A stretch of 64,000 bases of DNA from Rhodoferax ferrireducens. GTDB taxonomy: Bacteria; Pseudomonadota; Gammaproteobacteria; Burkholderiales; Burkholderiaceae_C. Positions within the stretch are counted from its first letter, which is position 1, and the number at the start of each line of letters is the position of its first letter. A program made the position numbers and the translations under genes. Below the pieces are notes generated by a model. That model worked only from the letters and a program-made list of their open reading frames with translations. It ran no database searches and was not told the DNA's origin. The stretch covers positions 47,031-111,030 of the forward strand of contig NZ_JBAQMD010000118.1 in assembly GCF_049302455.1 (NCBI RefSeq). Direction: 5' to 3'. This document shows, in pieces, positions 21,348-31,746 of this stretch.

Positions 21348-21890
21348 ATGACCGACAACAGCCCCGCTACTGTTCACGATGAGGCGCATAGCGGCCCCAT
21401 CAAAAACCCCAAGCAAATGCTGCTTGCCGTCACTTTCTCGTTTGTGGTTCCGATCTTCGCCATCATTGGTTTGGTTTACTACGTGACCATGGGCAACAAA
21501 CCCGCCGCCACCGAAGCCAACACGGAACAAGCAGTGGCCGCACGGATCCAGAAAATTGGCCGGATCGAAATTCGTGACGCCAACCGGCCGCTGCGCACCG
21601 GTGAAGAGGTGTTTAAAGCCCAGTGCACGGCCTGTCACACCGCTGGCCTCGTCGGCGCCCCCAAATTTGGCGATGCGGCGGCCTGGGCGCCGCGCATTCA
21701 GACCGGCTATGACGCACTGCTGAACTCGGCGCTCAAGGGTAAAAATGCCATGGTTGCCCAGGGCGGCGGTGAATTTCAGGACCTGGAAGTCGGTCGCGCC
21801 GTGGTTTATATGGTGAACGCCGCCGGTGGCAAGTTCGCGGAGCCGCAAGCGGCCGCCGCCCCGGCTGAGGCGGCGTCAGCCGCCAAGTAA
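21348..21890 (+). CDS. Membrane-anchored cytochrome c5-family protein
   Basis: 180 aa with an N-terminal TM anchor (LLAVTFSFVVPIFAIIGLVYYV). Haem motif CTACH in the c5 idiom FKAQCTACHTAGLVGAPKFGD..W. Confidence 0.8.
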   Translation: MTDNSPATVHDEAHSGPIKNPKQMLLAVTFSFVVPIFAIIGLVYYVTMGNKPAATEANTEQAVAARIQKIGRIEIRDANRPLRTGEEVFKAQCTACHTAGLVGAPKFGDAAAWAPRIQTGYDALLNSALKGKNAMVAQGGGEFQDLEVGRAVVYMVNAAGGKFAEPQAAAAPAEAASAAK

Positions 21891-21912
21891 GACCCGTCCG
21901 CGCGACACCCAC

Positions 21913-21939
21913 GATGCCGACTGTCAGTCGGCATTTTTT
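21913..21939 (+). terminator. Rho-independent terminator after the cytochrome c5 gene
   Basis: Stem atgccgact/agtcggcat with loop gtc, followed by a run of 6 T. Confidence 0.65.
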
Positions 21940-21949
21940 ATAGTATTTT

Positions 21950-22001
21950 GGCCTCTAGCCCCCGTGAAATATAGGCATATCGCTACTTATTTGGTAGCAA
22001 T
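21950..22001 (-). repeat. Dispersed ~45-bp repeat, copy 1 (minus orientation)
   Basis: The reverse complement reads ..caaataagtagcgatatgcctatatttcACGGGGGCTAGAGGC. It shares the A-rich-(A/G)TAGC(T/G)...ACGGGGGCTA(G/C)AG(G)C layout with the other copies. Confidence 0.65.
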
Positions 22002-22025
22002 AACATAGTTATTGTCAATTTCCCT

Positions 22026-22808
22026 ATGCCCCGTTTTTACTGCCCAACCTCGCTGCGCTGCGGTGAGCTGCTTGACCTGCCAGCCAGCGCTGCCCGTCAC
22101 GTGCAAGTGCTGCGCCTGCAGCCGGGCGACAGCATCACGCTGTTTAATGGTGGCCCCGGCTGGGACGAACGCGACTCAGAGCACCCGCAGGGCGGAGAGT
22201 TTGAGGCCAGCGTCACGCGCATGGGCCGCAGCGATGTGCAGGTGCAGGTCGGCGCCTATCACGCGGTAGAGCGCGAAGCAGCGCATCAGGTGCATCTGGC
22301 CGTGGGCATGCCGGCCAACGAGCGCATGGACTGGCTGGTCGAAAAAGCCACCGAACTGGGCGTGGCCAGTATTCAGCCCCTGATGACCGAGCGCAGCGTG
22401 CTGCGGCTCAACCCGGAGCGAGCCGGGAAGAAGCAAGCGCACTGGCAAAGTGTGGCGGTGGCCGCTTGTGAGCAGTGCGGCGGCAACCGGGTGCCGGTGA
22501 TTCATGCGGTCATGACCTTGGCGGCGTGGATCAAGGCGCAAGCAGCGCAGGCGAGCGGTCAGCGTTTGTTGTTGTCGTTGCGCCCGGGTACGCAAAGTGT
22601 TCGTGCCGCCGTGAACGCCTTCGCCGGTCCTGCCAGTGCCGGCGCCCCTACCGAAGCCATCACCTTTTTGTCCGGCCCTGAAGGCGGCTTGAGCCCGGCC
22701 GAGGAAGACATCGCGCTGGCCTGTGGCTTTGCGCCGGTGACACTGGGTACCCGCGTGCTGCGCGCCGAAACAGCGGCCGTGGCCGCACTGGCTGCCTTGC
22801 TGGTGTAA
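22026..22808 (+). CDS. rsmE: 16S rRNA (uracil1498-N3)-methyltransferase
   Basis: 260 aa. RsmE idiom MPRFYCP...ARHVQVLRLQPGDSITLFNG, with a C-terminal SPOUT region (GPEGGLSPAEE..LGTRVLRAETAA). Confidence 0.85.
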   Translation: MPRFYCPTSLRCGELLDLPASAARHVQVLRLQPGDSITLFNGGPGWDERDSEHPQGGEFEASVTRMGRSDVQVQVGAYHAVEREAAHQVHLAVGMPANERMDWLVEKATELGVASIQPLMTERSVLRLNPERAGKKQAHWQSVAVAACEQCGGNRVPVIHAVMTLAAWIKAQAAQASGQRLLLSLRPGTQSVRAAVNAFAGPASAGAPTEAITFLSGPEGGLSPAEEDIALACGFAPVTLGTRVLRAETAAVAALAALLV

Positions 22809-23042
22809 GCGATACGGCACGCAGCGAACCAACGCAGTGCCCTCAATTGCTGAAGACTGATCGACAGTCTCACAAGCTGTTCAAAACCGACCCGCCGGCG
22901 CGCACGCCGGGCGAATCGAAGGTGTACAGCCTGCGCCCAGATAAGAGCTCACCCATTTTCCTTGTAGGACATGCGGTTTCTCAAAGAATGCTGAGATGTG
23001 GGTGTTATAAGAAAAAGCACGAGCAACTTACCAGGACGAAAC

Positions 23043-23696
23043 ATGAAGACCATCTCATCAAAATCACGTATTGTTATTTTTAGCATGGGTGCGGTTGCCC
23101 TGCTGGTCAGCGGCTGCGCCAACATGACCGAAACCCAGCGCAGTTCAGCCATCGGCGCCGGTGTTGGCGCGTTGGCAGGCGCCGCCATTGGCGACAGCCG
23201 CGAAGCGACCGCGATCGGTGCTGGCGTCGGCGCACTGGGTGGCTATATCTGGTCAACGCAGATGGCCAAGAAGAAGGCAGATATGGAACGCGCCACGGCG
23301 GGCACCGGTGTTGATGTCATGCAGACGGCTGACAACCAGCTCAAGCTCAATATCCCAAGCGACATTTCGTTCGACATCAACCGCTTTGACATCAAACCGA
23401 ATATGCGTCCGATCCTGGACCAGTTTGCACAAGGACTGAGCAGCCAGCCCAATACAGAAATCCGCATCATCGGTCACACCGACAGCACCGGTTCTGACAG
23501 CATCAACGACCCGCTGTCGGTCAACCGTGCCGCCAGTGCGCGCGATTACCTGGTTGCCCGCGGCGTGGATGGCCGGCGCATCCAGATTAATGGCCGCGGC
23601 TCACATGAGCCCATTGCCGATAACAACACGGAGCGCGGCCGGGCCCAGAACCGCCGCATCGAGATATTCCTGGCCGAGCGTTCAGTCGCCCGGTAG
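23043..23696 (+). CDS. OmpA-family lipoprotein
   Basis: ORF 22998..23696, with ATG 23043 preferred. Lipobox LLVSGC and a Gly-zipper (GAGVGALAGAAIGD). C-terminal OmpA_C idiom (IIGHTDSTGS..N..LS..RA..V..YL...G......GRG...P.....T..GRAQNRRIEI). Confidence 0.85.
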   Translation: MKTISSKSRIVIFSMGAVALLVSGCANMTETQRSSAIGAGVGALAGAAIGDSREATAIGAGVGALGGYIWSTQMAKKKADMERATAGTGVDVMQTADNQLKLNIPSDISFDINRFDIKPNMRPILDQFAQGLSSQPNTEIRIIGHTDSTGSDSINDPLSVNRAASARDYLVARGVDGRRIQINGRGSHEPIADNNTERGRAQNRRIEIFLAERSVAR

Positions 23697-23810
23697 TCCT
23701 TTCTTCTCTGCGGCACGCTTTGGGGGCCGCAAAAGCAGGGGGACAGGCTGTTGCTGGCATGTAACTGTTTCCATGTAAAAATGGAAACTTGATTACAAGG
23801 AGACTGCTTC

Positions 23811-25241
23811 ATGCCCCGTCGCGCCACAAAAATTGTTGCCACTCTCGGCCCCGCCTCGAGCGACCCCGCGTTGCTGGAGCAGATGATTCGCGCCGGTGTC
23901 AACGTGGTGCGCCTGAACTTCAGTCACGGTACCGCGCAAGACCATATTGACCGGGCGCGTCTGGTGCGCGAAGCGGCCAAGCGCGCCGGACGCGAGATCG
24001 GCATCATGGCTGACTTGCAGGGTCCCAAAATTCGGGTTGGAAAATTTGCCGACGGCAAGGTGGTTCTGGAGCCGGGCCAAAAGTTCGTGCTTGATGCTGC
24101 GCGCACCGAGCTGGGCGATATTGACGCCGTCGGGCTGGACTACAAGGCATTGCCGAACGAGGTCAAGGCGGGCGATGTGCTGTTGCTCAACGATGGTCTG
24201 ATCGTTATCACGGTCGATGCCGTCAAGGGCGCGGCGATTCACACCACCGTCAAACTGGGTGGCGAGTTGAGCAACAACAAAGGCATCAACAAACAAGGCG
24301 GCGGCCTGAGCGCACCCGCGCTCACCGCCAAGGACATGGACGACATCCGCACGGCGATGAGCTTTCACGCTGATTACGTGGCCGTCAGCTTTCCCAAAAA
24401 CGCGACCGACATGGAAATGGCGCGTCAGTTGTGCAACGTGGCAGCCGAAAACGGCCACCGGCCCGGCCTGATTGCCAAGATCGAGCGTGCGGAGGCGATC
24501 CCCAAACTTGAAGAAATATTGCTCGCCAGCGACGGCATCATGGTGGCGCGCGGCGACCTGGCCGTCGAGGTGGGCAATGCGGTGGTGCCGGCGCTGCAAA
24601 AACGCATGATCAAGCTGGCCCGCGAGCACGACAAGGTGGTGATTACCGCCACCCAGATGATGGAGTCGATGATCAACAACCCGGTACCGACCCGCGCCGA
24701 AGTGAGCGACGTGGCCAACGCGGTGCTGGACGGCACCGACGCCGTCATGCTGTCAGCCGAGACGGCGGCGGGCAAATACCCGTTGGAGACCGTCGTTGAG
24801 ATGGCCAAAATTTGCCATGCGGCCGAGGGCGGCGAAGATTTCAAACTCGAAGCTGACTTCACGGGCAAAACCTTCAAACGCATTGACCAGTCGATCGCCA
24901 TGGGCGCCTTGTTTACGGCGCATCACCTGGGTGCCAAGGCGATTGTGGCCATGACCGACAGCGGCTCCACCGCGCTGTGGATGAGCCGCCACCTGATTCA
25001 GGTGCCGATTTACGCGCTCACATCCAAAGTGGCGACGCAGCGCAAGATGACGCTGTACCGCAATGTGCGCCCTTTGTTCATTGATACCAGTGCCGACCGG
25101 GACACGGCGCTGAACGAGGCCGAGAACTATCTGAAAACCCGAGGCATCGTGCAGGCAGGCGACATTTATGCCATCACCTGTGGTGAGCCCATGGGCTCGC
25201 CCGGCGGCACCAATATGCTGAAAATTTGCCGGGTCCGCTAG
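23811..25241 (+). CDS. pyk: Pyruvate kinase
   Basis: 476 aa. MPRRATKIVATLGPASS..., MVARGDLAVEVG and other canonical PK blocks. Confidence 0.95.
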   Translation: MPRRATKIVATLGPASSDPALLEQMIRAGVNVVRLNFSHGTAQDHIDRARLVREAAKRAGREIGIMADLQGPKIRVGKFADGKVVLEPGQKFVLDAARTELGDIDAVGLDYKALPNEVKAGDVLLLNDGLIVITVDAVKGAAIHTTVKLGGELSNNKGINKQGGGLSAPALTAKDMDDIRTAMSFHADYVAVSFPKNATDMEMARQLCNVAAENGHRPGLIAKIERAEAIPKLEEILLASDGIMVARGDLAVEVGNAVVPALQKRMIKLAREHDKVVITATQMMESMINNPVPTRAEVSDVANAVLDGTDAVMLSAETAAGKYPLETVVEMAKICHAAEGGEDFKLEADFTGKTFKRIDQSIAMGALFTAHHLGAKAIVAMTDSGSTALWMSRHLIQVPIYALTSKVATQRKMTLYRNVRPLFIDTSADRDTALNEAENYLKTRGIVQAGDIYAITCGEPMGSPGGTNMLKICRVR

Positions 25242-25546
25242 CGGCTTTCGCCGTCTAAACCACAGGCCGCATAAGCCGCGGGCGTTTTGACGGGCGCATT
25301 GGCAATGGGTCCGCCTGACACCTGCACCACGCCGGGCCATGGCAACAGAAGCAGCAGGTTCGCGAACCGGGTGACTGCGGGTTTCACGACGGGAGTCGTG
25401 TTGTGACAAGACGTGGGCGGTGATGGTGAAACATTAAGTCACGCTTAAAGTCGGGCGCCGGAGCCAAAGTGCAGCGCGCAACCGTGCCGCTCCGTTAAAA
25501 TTCAGACCAGTTACCAATCAGTTACCAACTTATCAAGGACACCATC

Positions 25547-26611
25547 ATGGCACTTGTTTCAATGCGCGAACTGCTCGACCATGCCGCCCTGAATGGTTAC
25601 GGCATCCCGGCTTTCAACGTCAATAACCTGGAGCAGGTGCAGGCCGTCATGTCGGCCGCCGATGAGGTCGGCGCACCGGTCATTCTGCAAGCCAGCGCTG
25701 GCGCGCGAAAATACGCTGGTGAGCCCTTCATCAAACATCTGATTCTGGCCGCCATCGAAGCCTATCCACACATCCCGCTGGTCATGCATCAGGACCACGG
25801 CCAGAGCCCCGACGTGTGCCAGGGAGCGATCAACCTGGGCTTTAGCTCGGTCATGATGGACGGCTCCCTGATGAGCGATGGCAAAACCATTGCCAGTTAT
25901 GACTACAACGTCGAGGTGACGCGCAAAGTGGTCGCCATGGCGCACGCCGTTGGCGTGACGGTGGAAGGTGAGCTGGGGTGCCTGGGCTCGCTGGAAACCA
26001 TGAAAGGTGACAAGGAAGACGGCCACGGCACCGAGGCCACCATGACGCGTGAGCAGATGTTGACCGACCCCGAGCAAGCGGCAGATTTTGTCAAGCGCAC
26101 CCAGCTTGACGCGTTGGCCATTGCCATTGGCACCAGCCACGGCGCCTACAAATTCACCCGCAAGCCCACCGGCGATATTTTGGCGATTGACCGCGTCATG
26201 GCCATCAACAAGCGTATTCCCAACACCCATTTGGTGATGCATGGTTCCAGCAGCGTGCCGCAAGAGTCGCTGGCCATCATCAACCAGTTTGGCGGCAAGA
26301 TGCGCGAAACCTACGGTGTGCCGGTTGAAGAAATCCAGAAAGCGATCAAGTTTGGTGTGCGCAAGATCAACATCGACACCGACATTCGCCTGGCCATGAC
26401 CGGTGCCGTGCGCAAATACATGTTTGAAAACCCCGAAAAATTCGATGCCCGCGACTGGCTCAAGCCCGCCCGCGAAGCCGCCAAGGCCCTGTGCAAGCAG
26501 CGCTACCTGGAGTTTGGCTGTGAAGGTCAAGGTTCAAAAATCAAGAGCCACTCATTGAGCGTGGTGGCGGGGCAATATGCGCGTGGTGAGCTGGCGCAAG
26601 TGGTGAAGTGA
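25547..26611 (+). CDS. fba: Fructose-1,6-bisphosphate aldolase, class II
   Basis: 354 aa. [31 protein letters not shown] and [10 protein letters not shown] blocks. Confidence 0.95.
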   Translation: MALVSMRELLDHAALNGYGIPAFNVNNLEQVQAVMSAADEVGAPVILQASAGARKYAGEPFIKHLILAAIEAYPHIPLVMHQDHGQSPDVCQGAINLGFSSVMMDGSLMSDGKTIASYDYNVEVTRKVVAMAHAVGVTVEGELGCLGSLETMKGDKEDGHGTEATMTREQMLTDPEQAADFVKRTQLDALAIAIGTSHGAYKFTRKPTGDILAIDRVMAINKRIPNTHLVMHGSSSVPQESLAIINQFGGKMRETYGVPVEEIQKAIKFGVRKINIDTDIRLAMTGAVRKYMFENPEKFDARDWLKPAREAAKALCKQRYLEFGCEGQGSKIKSHSLSVVAGQYARGELAQVVK

Positions 26612-26636
26612 TCTTTAGCGGCTCTTGGTAGCGTTC

Positions 26637-26662
26637 AAGAAGCCACCTGCGGGTGGCTTCTT
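26637..26662 (+). terminator. Hairpin terminator after fba
   Basis: aagaagccacc-tgcg-ggtggcttctt, an 11-bp perfect stem. The T tract is weak. Confidence 0.55.
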
Positions 26663-26707
26663 GCATGGGCCTGCAGCCCTGCGGCGTCTTGCTTATGTGC
26701 CCTATTT

Positions 26708-26749
26708 GCTTCCAGCCCCCGTTGAATGGGCTTGATCAGCTATTGAATT
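26708..26749 (-). repeat. Dispersed ~45-bp repeat, copy 2 (minus orientation)
   Basis: The reverse complement reads aattcaATAGCTgatcaagcccattcaACGGGGGCTggAAGC. Confidence 0.6.
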
Positions 26750-26866
26750 TGCAGCATTTTCCAGCGCGGGCGCGGGCTTAAAATTCATACGGTTACACCT
26801 CGCACAACCCAATCTGTCCGGGACACCAACCGCTTTCTGGTTTCTTCTTGACTGGCACCCAACTCC

Positions 26867-27784
26867 ATGAACACTTCACAACCCGCCCTGCACACTTCCA
26901 TGCTCACCTCTTTGCCGCTGCTGGCGCGTGGCAAGGTGCGCGATAACTACGCCGTCGGCATTGATCGCATCCTGATGGTGGCCTCTGACCGCCTGAGCGC
27001 CTTTGACGTGATCATGGGTGAGCCCATTCCGGGCAAAGGCGCGCTACTGACACAAATGGCGCTGTTCTGGTTTGACAAGCTCGGCCCCAAAGGTCTGAAC
27101 CTGTGCCCGATTCACCTCACCGGTGATGCGCCCGAGAGCGTGGTCACCGCCGCCGAAGTGCCGCAGGTGACGGGCCGCTCGATGCTGGTCAAGCGCCTGA
27201 AGCCCTTGCCGGTGGAAGCCGTGGTACGCGGTTATCTGGCCGGCAGCGGCTGGAAGGAATACCAGCACAACGGGGCCGTGTGCGGCGTCAAGCTGCCAGC
27301 CGGGCTGCAGAACGCCTCCAAACTGCCCGAGCCGATCTACACCCCGGCGGCCAAGGCTGCGGCGGGCGACCATGACGAGAACATCACGTTTGAGCAAACG
27401 GTCGAGATGATCGGCCTGGACCTGGCCACCCGCATCCGCGACATCAGCATTGCCATCTACAAGGCGGCGTCGGAAATTGCACGTGCCAAGGGCATCATCA
27501 TTGCCGACACCAAGTTCGAGTTTGGCCTGGACGCCGACGGTACGCTGACGCTGATGGACGAGGTGCTGACGCCCGATTCATCGCGCTTCTGGCCCGCCGA
27601 GAGCTACCAGGAAGGCATCAACCCACCCAGTTTTGACAAGCAATTTGTGCGTGACTGGCTGGAGCAGGTGCAGGTCAACGGCAAGCCCTGGAACAAAACC
27701 CCGCCCGCGCCACGCGTGCCCGACGAGGTGATTGCCAAGACCGCTGCCAAATACCAGGAAGCGCTGACGCGGTTGATCGGTTGA
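26867..27784 (+). CDS. purC: Phosphoribosylaminoimidazole-succinocarboxamide synthase
   Basis: 305 aa. The long-form PurC idiom (GKVRDNY.., [22 protein letters not shown]). Confidence 0.95.
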   Translation: MNTSQPALHTSMLTSLPLLARGKVRDNYAVGIDRILMVASDRLSAFDVIMGEPIPGKGALLTQMALFWFDKLGPKGLNLCPIHLTGDAPESVVTAAEVPQVTGRSMLVKRLKPLPVEAVVRGYLAGSGWKEYQHNGAVCGVKLPAGLQNASKLPEPIYTPAAKAAAGDHDENITFEQTVEMIGLDLATRIRDISIAIYKAASEIARAKGIIIADTKFEFGLDADGTLTLMDEVLTPDSSRFWPAESYQEGINPPSFDKQFVRDWLEQVQVNGKPWNKTPPAPRVPDEVIAKTAAKYQEALTRLIG

Positions 27785-27810
27785 CAGTATCGGCGGTGGC
27801 GCTATCATTC

Positions 27811-27827
27811 AATTGGTCTTACCAATT
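27811..27827. promoter_or_regulatory. GntR/FadR-type operator palindrome upstream of the regulator gene
   Basis: AATTGGTcttACCAATT, a perfect 7-3-7 palindrome containing the GT-n-AC core typical of FadR-subfamily operators. It lies 10 nt upstream of the ATG at 27837. Confidence 0.65.
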
Positions 27828-27836
27828 TAAAATGCC

Positions 27837-28610
27837 ATGCTTGCACGCCGCCCTGCCGTCACCCGCCTCGCCGACACCGTCGCCGGCGAGCTTGAAAAAA
27901 GAATTCTGGAAGGTTCGCTCAAACCTGGCGATCTGTTGCCCTCAGAGCGCGATCTTGCCGTTGAGCTCGGTGTGTCGCGCCCTTCGCTGCGGGAGGCCAT
28001 CCAGAAGCTGGTCGCCAAAGGCTTGCTCAGCACGCATCACGGCAGCGGCACCCATGTCACCGACCGGCTGGAGGCGCATTTTGTCGACCCCTGGCAGGAC
28101 ATGCTCAACGGCCACCCCCTGCTGCACCAGGACTTGCTCGAATTTCGCCAGATGCTGGAAAGCCAGGCCGCCTACCTCGCCGCCGAGCGCGCACTGGATG
28201 TCGACATCCAGCGCCTGGACGCCGTCTATGCAGCGCTGGAGACCACCTTTGCCAGCAACGACTTGCAGGCCTGTATTGACCAGGATGTCCTCTTTCATCA
28301 AGTGATCGCGGAGGCGGCCCATAACGTGTTGATCGGGCACCTGAGCGCCAGTCTGATGCGGGTGATCCATGGTCACATTTCCGGCAGCCTGGCGCATCTT
28401 CATGCGCAGCCTCAGCGCTGGGAACAGTTGCAGTCGCAGCACCACGCGATCTGGCAAGCTGTTCGCGAACACCGGCCCGAGGAAGCGGCCCGCGCCGCTC
28501 GCAGCCACATCGAATTTGTACGCCAGAGCATGGAAGACAGCGCCCGGCAAGAGGAGCGCCGCCTCAGCGCCATGAGACGCCTGGGAACCTTGGCACCCGT
28601 CAGCGTCTGA
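27837..28610 (+). CDS. GntR-family (FadR subfamily) transcriptional regulator, LldR/PdhR-like
   Basis: 257 aa. wHTH idiom LKPGDLLPSERDLAVELGVSRPSLREAIQKLVAKGLL plus a C-terminal FCD domain. Immediately upstream of the lut genes. Confidence 0.85.
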   Translation: MLARRPAVTRLADTVAGELEKRILEGSLKPGDLLPSERDLAVELGVSRPSLREAIQKLVAKGLLSTHHGSGTHVTDRLEAHFVDPWQDMLNGHPLLHQDLLEFRQMLESQAAYLAAERALDVDIQRLDAVYAALETTFASNDLQACIDQDVLFHQVIAEAAHNVLIGHLSASLMRVIHGHISGSLAHLHAQPQRWEQLQSQHHAIWQAVREHRPEEAARAARSHIEFVRQSMEDSARQEERRLSAMRRLGTLAPVSV

Positions 28611-28707
28611 CCCTGCGGCCGGGCAACGGGGCTGGGGAAAGAGGGTCCATCACCAACCAGGGTAAACCCCTATTGTTCAGGCTCATTTGTTTTTTTACAG
28701 TCGAATT

Positions 28708-28724
28708 TATTGGTCATACCAATT
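28708..28724. promoter_or_regulatory. Second GntR/FadR-type operator, upstream of lutA
   Basis: tATTGGTcatACCAATt, near-identical to the 27811 site. It lies 37 nt upstream of the lutA ATG. Confidence 0.6.
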
Positions 28725-28760
28725 TACCAATCAACAAGAACTATCGAGAAAAGAGCCAGC

Positions 28761-29564
28761 ATGGAGCCAAACAGCCAATTCCCGCGCCAGTATCCACCCA
28801 AGCCGAGTGATGTCTATCTTTTTGCCACCTGCCTGATCGATCAATTCACGCCCGAAGCGGGTCTTGACACGGTTCGACTGCTGGAACGCGAAGGCATCAA
28901 GGTGCATTACCTGGAGCAGCAAACCTGCTGTGGTCAACCGGCGCACAGCAGCGGCTTTCCGGACGAGGCGCGCGCGGTTGCCTTGCAGCAATTGAATCTG
29001 TTCGTGGAGCCCTGGCCGGTGGTGATTCCATCAGGGTCATGCGGCGGCATGATTCGCAAACACTATCCGCACCTGTTTGCCAACGATCCGGTATTGCATG
29101 CCAAGGCGGTGGAGCTGTCCGAGCGCGTTTATGAGCTGAGTGAATTTTTGGTGCACGTGGTGAATTTTGCTCAGCCGGATCTGGGCACACCCTGCACCGT
29201 GGCGCTGCATACCTCCTGCCATGCACGGCGCGAAATGGGCTCGCATGAAACCAGCGCGGCACTGCTCGATAGCCTGGCGCAAGTGAATGTGGTCGAGCAG
29301 GCGCGGATTGAAGAATGCTGCGGCTTTGGCGGCACGTTTGCCATGCGCTACCCCGATATCTCGGAGGCGATTGCGACCGACAAAGTAGCCGCCATCAAAG
29401 ACACCGGGGCCGAGCGGGTCGTCAGCGCCGACTGCGGCTGCCTGCTCAACATCACCGGACGGGCCGCCAAACAGGATGAGTTGGCCGGGCGTACAAGCCC
29501 CACCTTGCCGGGTGAACACCTGGCCAGCTTCTTGTGGCGGCGCACGACGGAGGCCGCAGCATGA
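28761..29564 (+). CDS. lutA: Lactate utilization protein A ((Fe-S)-binding, CCG-domain oxidoreductase)
   Basis: ORF 28710..29564, with ATG 28761 (MEPNSQF) preferred. It has two cysteine-rich CCG repeats (ATCLIDQF...CCGQP; HTSCHARRE...CCGFGG). Confidence 0.85.
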   Translation: MEPNSQFPRQYPPKPSDVYLFATCLIDQFTPEAGLDTVRLLEREGIKVHYLEQQTCCGQPAHSSGFPDEARAVALQQLNLFVEPWPVVIPSGSCGGMIRKHYPHLFANDPVLHAKAVELSERVYELSEFLVHVVNFAQPDLGTPCTVALHTSCHARREMGSHETSAALLDSLAQVNVVEQARIEECCGFGGTFAMRYPDISEAIATDKVAAIKDTGAERVVSADCGCLLNITGRAAKQDELAGRTSPTLPGEHLASFLWRRTTEAAA

Positions 29565-30247
29565 GCGCGCGCGACAGCATCCTCGCCCGCCTGCGCGCCA
29601 CCTCGATTGCAGAGACACCGCCACTGCCCGACGTCAAGACCTGGTTTGATGCGCACCGCCGCAACGAAGATACAGATCAGCGCGTCACCCGTCTGCGCGC
29701 CGCACTGCAAGCCGTGAAGACCGAAGTGCATGACGTCAGCGCCACGGATTGGATTGAGGTGCTGCTGCGCATCGCAGCGGCTAAGGGTCTGCGCAACTTG
29801 CTGATCGGCACCGGCACGACGCATGGGGCAGAACTCGAAGCCCGTCAGCCCGAGAATCTGAAACTCCTGCCTTATGCCGATGCCATCGACTCCTGGCGCG
29901 ATGTCTTGTTCGACGACATTGATGCCTCGCTGACGCTGGCCCGCAGTGCCATTGCGGAAATTGGCAGTCTGATTCTGTGGCCCGACGCCTCGGAGCCGCG
30001 CCTGATGTCCCTGGTGCCCTCGGTGCACTTCGTATTGCTGGATGTGGCCACCATTCATTCCGATTTTCATTCGGCGATCACAACCGAGGGTTGGAAAGAC
30101 GGTTTGCCCACCAACGCACTGCTGATTTGCGGCCCGTCCAAGACCGCGGACATTCAGCAAACGCTGGCCTACGGCGCGCATGGCCCGCGGGAACTGGTGG
30201 TGCTGTTGCGCCACGCAGCAAATGCAGACCAAGGAGCAGCGGCATGA
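29561..30247 (+). CDS. lutC: Lactate utilization protein C (LUD domain)
   Basis: ORF 29534..30247. ATG 29561 overlaps the lutA stop (ATGA). LutC idiom MSARDSILARLR... with a C-terminal SKTADIEQ-like SKTADIQQTL. Confidence 0.8.
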   Translation: MSARDSILARLRATSIAETPPLPDVKTWFDAHRRNEDTDQRVTRLRAALQAVKTEVHDVSATDWIEVLLRIAAAKGLRNLLIGTGTTHGAELEARQPENLKLLPYADAIDSWRDVLFDDIDASLTLARSAIAEIGSLILWPDASEPRLMSLVPSVHFVLLDVATIHSDFHSAITTEGWKDGLPTNALLICGPSKTADIQQTLAYGAHGPRELVVLLRHAANADQGAAA

Positions 30248-31677
30248 GCCAGGTCATCAAAATTCACCCGATGGAAGACTTCAAGGAGCGCAGCCGGGGC
30301 GTTCTTAACGATCCGGGCCAACGCAAGAATTTTCGCGGCGCCATGGATTTCTTGATGGCCAAACGGCTGGCCCAGTTTCCGGATCAGGAGGAACTGCAAG
30401 GCTTGCGTGATTTGGGCTCGGCGATCCGGCGCTACAGCCTGGCCCATCTGCCACGTCTGCTGGAGCAGTTGGAGGCCAAGCTGACCAGCAACGGCGTTCA
30501 GGTGCACTGGGCGCAAACCCCTGATGAGGCCAACGCCATCGCGCTCGGCATTGCGCAGCGGGTCAAGGCCAAACGCATCATCAAAGGCAAATCGATGGTG
30601 AGCGAGGAGGTGGGTTTCAACCATGCCATGGAAGCGGCCGGCATTGAAGCATTCGAGTCCGACATGGGTGAATACATCGTGCAGCTCGCCGGTGAAACAC
30701 CGTCGCACATCATCATGCCGGCCATCCACAAGACCAAGCAGGAAATTGCCAAACTCTTTGCCGACGAGATTCCGGGCGTGGCCTACACCGAAGATGTGGA
30801 TGCGCTGATCCGCATTGGGCGCAAAGTGCTGCGGCGCAAGTTTGCCGATGCGGATATTGGGCTCTCGGGGGTGAACTTCTGCGTCGCGGAGACCGGCACC
30901 CTGTGTCTGGTCGAGAACGAAGGCAATGGCCGCATGTGCACCACCGTGCCGCGCGTGCACATTGCCATCACAGGCATCGAGAAAGTGGTGGAAAAGCTCG
31001 AACACGTGCCCCCGCTCTACAGCCTGCTGTCGCGTTCAGCCACCGGCCAGGCGGTCACCACCTACTTCAACCTGATCAGTGGCCCACGCCAACCGGGTGA
31101 AAAGGATGGCCCGGAAGAAGTGCACCTGATTCTGCTCGACAACGGCCGCACCCAGGCCTATGCCGATGAAGAACTGCGCGAGACCCTGAAATGCATCCGC
31201 TGTGGCGCCTGCATGAACCACTGCCCGGTTTATGCCCGCATTGGCGGCCACGCCTATGGCACCACCTACCCGGGCCCGATTGGCGCCATCATCTCGCCGC
31301 ACATGCTGGGGCTCGATGCCACCTATCCGCTGGCTTTTGCTTCCACCCTGTGCGGTGCCTGCGTCGAGGTGTGTCCGGTCAAGATTCCGATCACCGACAT
31401 TCTGGTGCGCTTGCGCAACGAGGCCCAGGCGCGGCCCGACAGCATGGAGGCCACCTTGCGCGGCAGTGGCGCCGCGCGCACCGCTGCCGGCACGGCTGTC
31501 TGGAGTGTCTGGGCGCAGGTCTACAGCCGGCTCGGGCTGTACAAGTTGGCATCGTGGTTCATGAGCCGGGGCCGTGCCCTGTCGCCGACCGAACAAGGCG
31601 CCTGGACGCGCAGCCGCACACCACTGATCCCGGCGCCGAAACGCTTGCGGGACCTGTTGAAAGACAGAAAGCCGTGA
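30244..31677 (+). CDS. lutB: Lactate utilization protein B (4Fe-4S ferredoxin-type, LUD domain)
   Basis: ORF 29977..31677. ATG 30244 (MSQVIKIHP) overlaps the lutC stop. Two ferredoxin clusters are present, CIRCGACMNHCPVY and CGACVEVCPVKIP. Confidence 0.85.
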   Translation: MSQVIKIHPMEDFKERSRGVLNDPGQRKNFRGAMDFLMAKRLAQFPDQEELQGLRDLGSAIRRYSLAHLPRLLEQLEAKLTSNGVQVHWAQTPDEANAIALGIAQRVKAKRIIKGKSMVSEEVGFNHAMEAAGIEAFESDMGEYIVQLAGETPSHIIMPAIHKTKQEIAKLFADEIPGVAYTEDVDALIRIGRKVLRRKFADADIGLSGVNFCVAETGTLCLVENEGNGRMCTTVPRVHIAITGIEKVVEKLEHVPPLYSLLSRSATGQAVTTYFNLISGPRQPGEKDGPEEVHLILLDNGRTQAYADEELRETLKCIRCGACMNHCPVYARIGGHAYGTTYPGPIGAIISPHMLGLDATYPLAFASTLCGACVEVCPVKIPITDILVRLRNEAQARPDSMEATLRGSGAARTAAGTAVWSVWAQVYSRLGLYKLASWFMSRGRALSPTEQGAWTRSRTPLIPAPKRLRDLLKDRKP

Positions 31678-31746
31678 GCGTGTTGATTCAAGCGCCGTCG
31701 CAAGTCCTGCCGCCCAGGCAGCTCAGCACCGACGCCTAGCGCCCAT

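Noticed and set aside
29977-30243. N-terminal 89-aa extension of the lutB ORF
   Set aside because: The extension overlaps lutC in another frame and is Arg/Gly-rich. ATG 30244 overlaps the lutC stop (ATGA) and begins the conserved LutB sequence.
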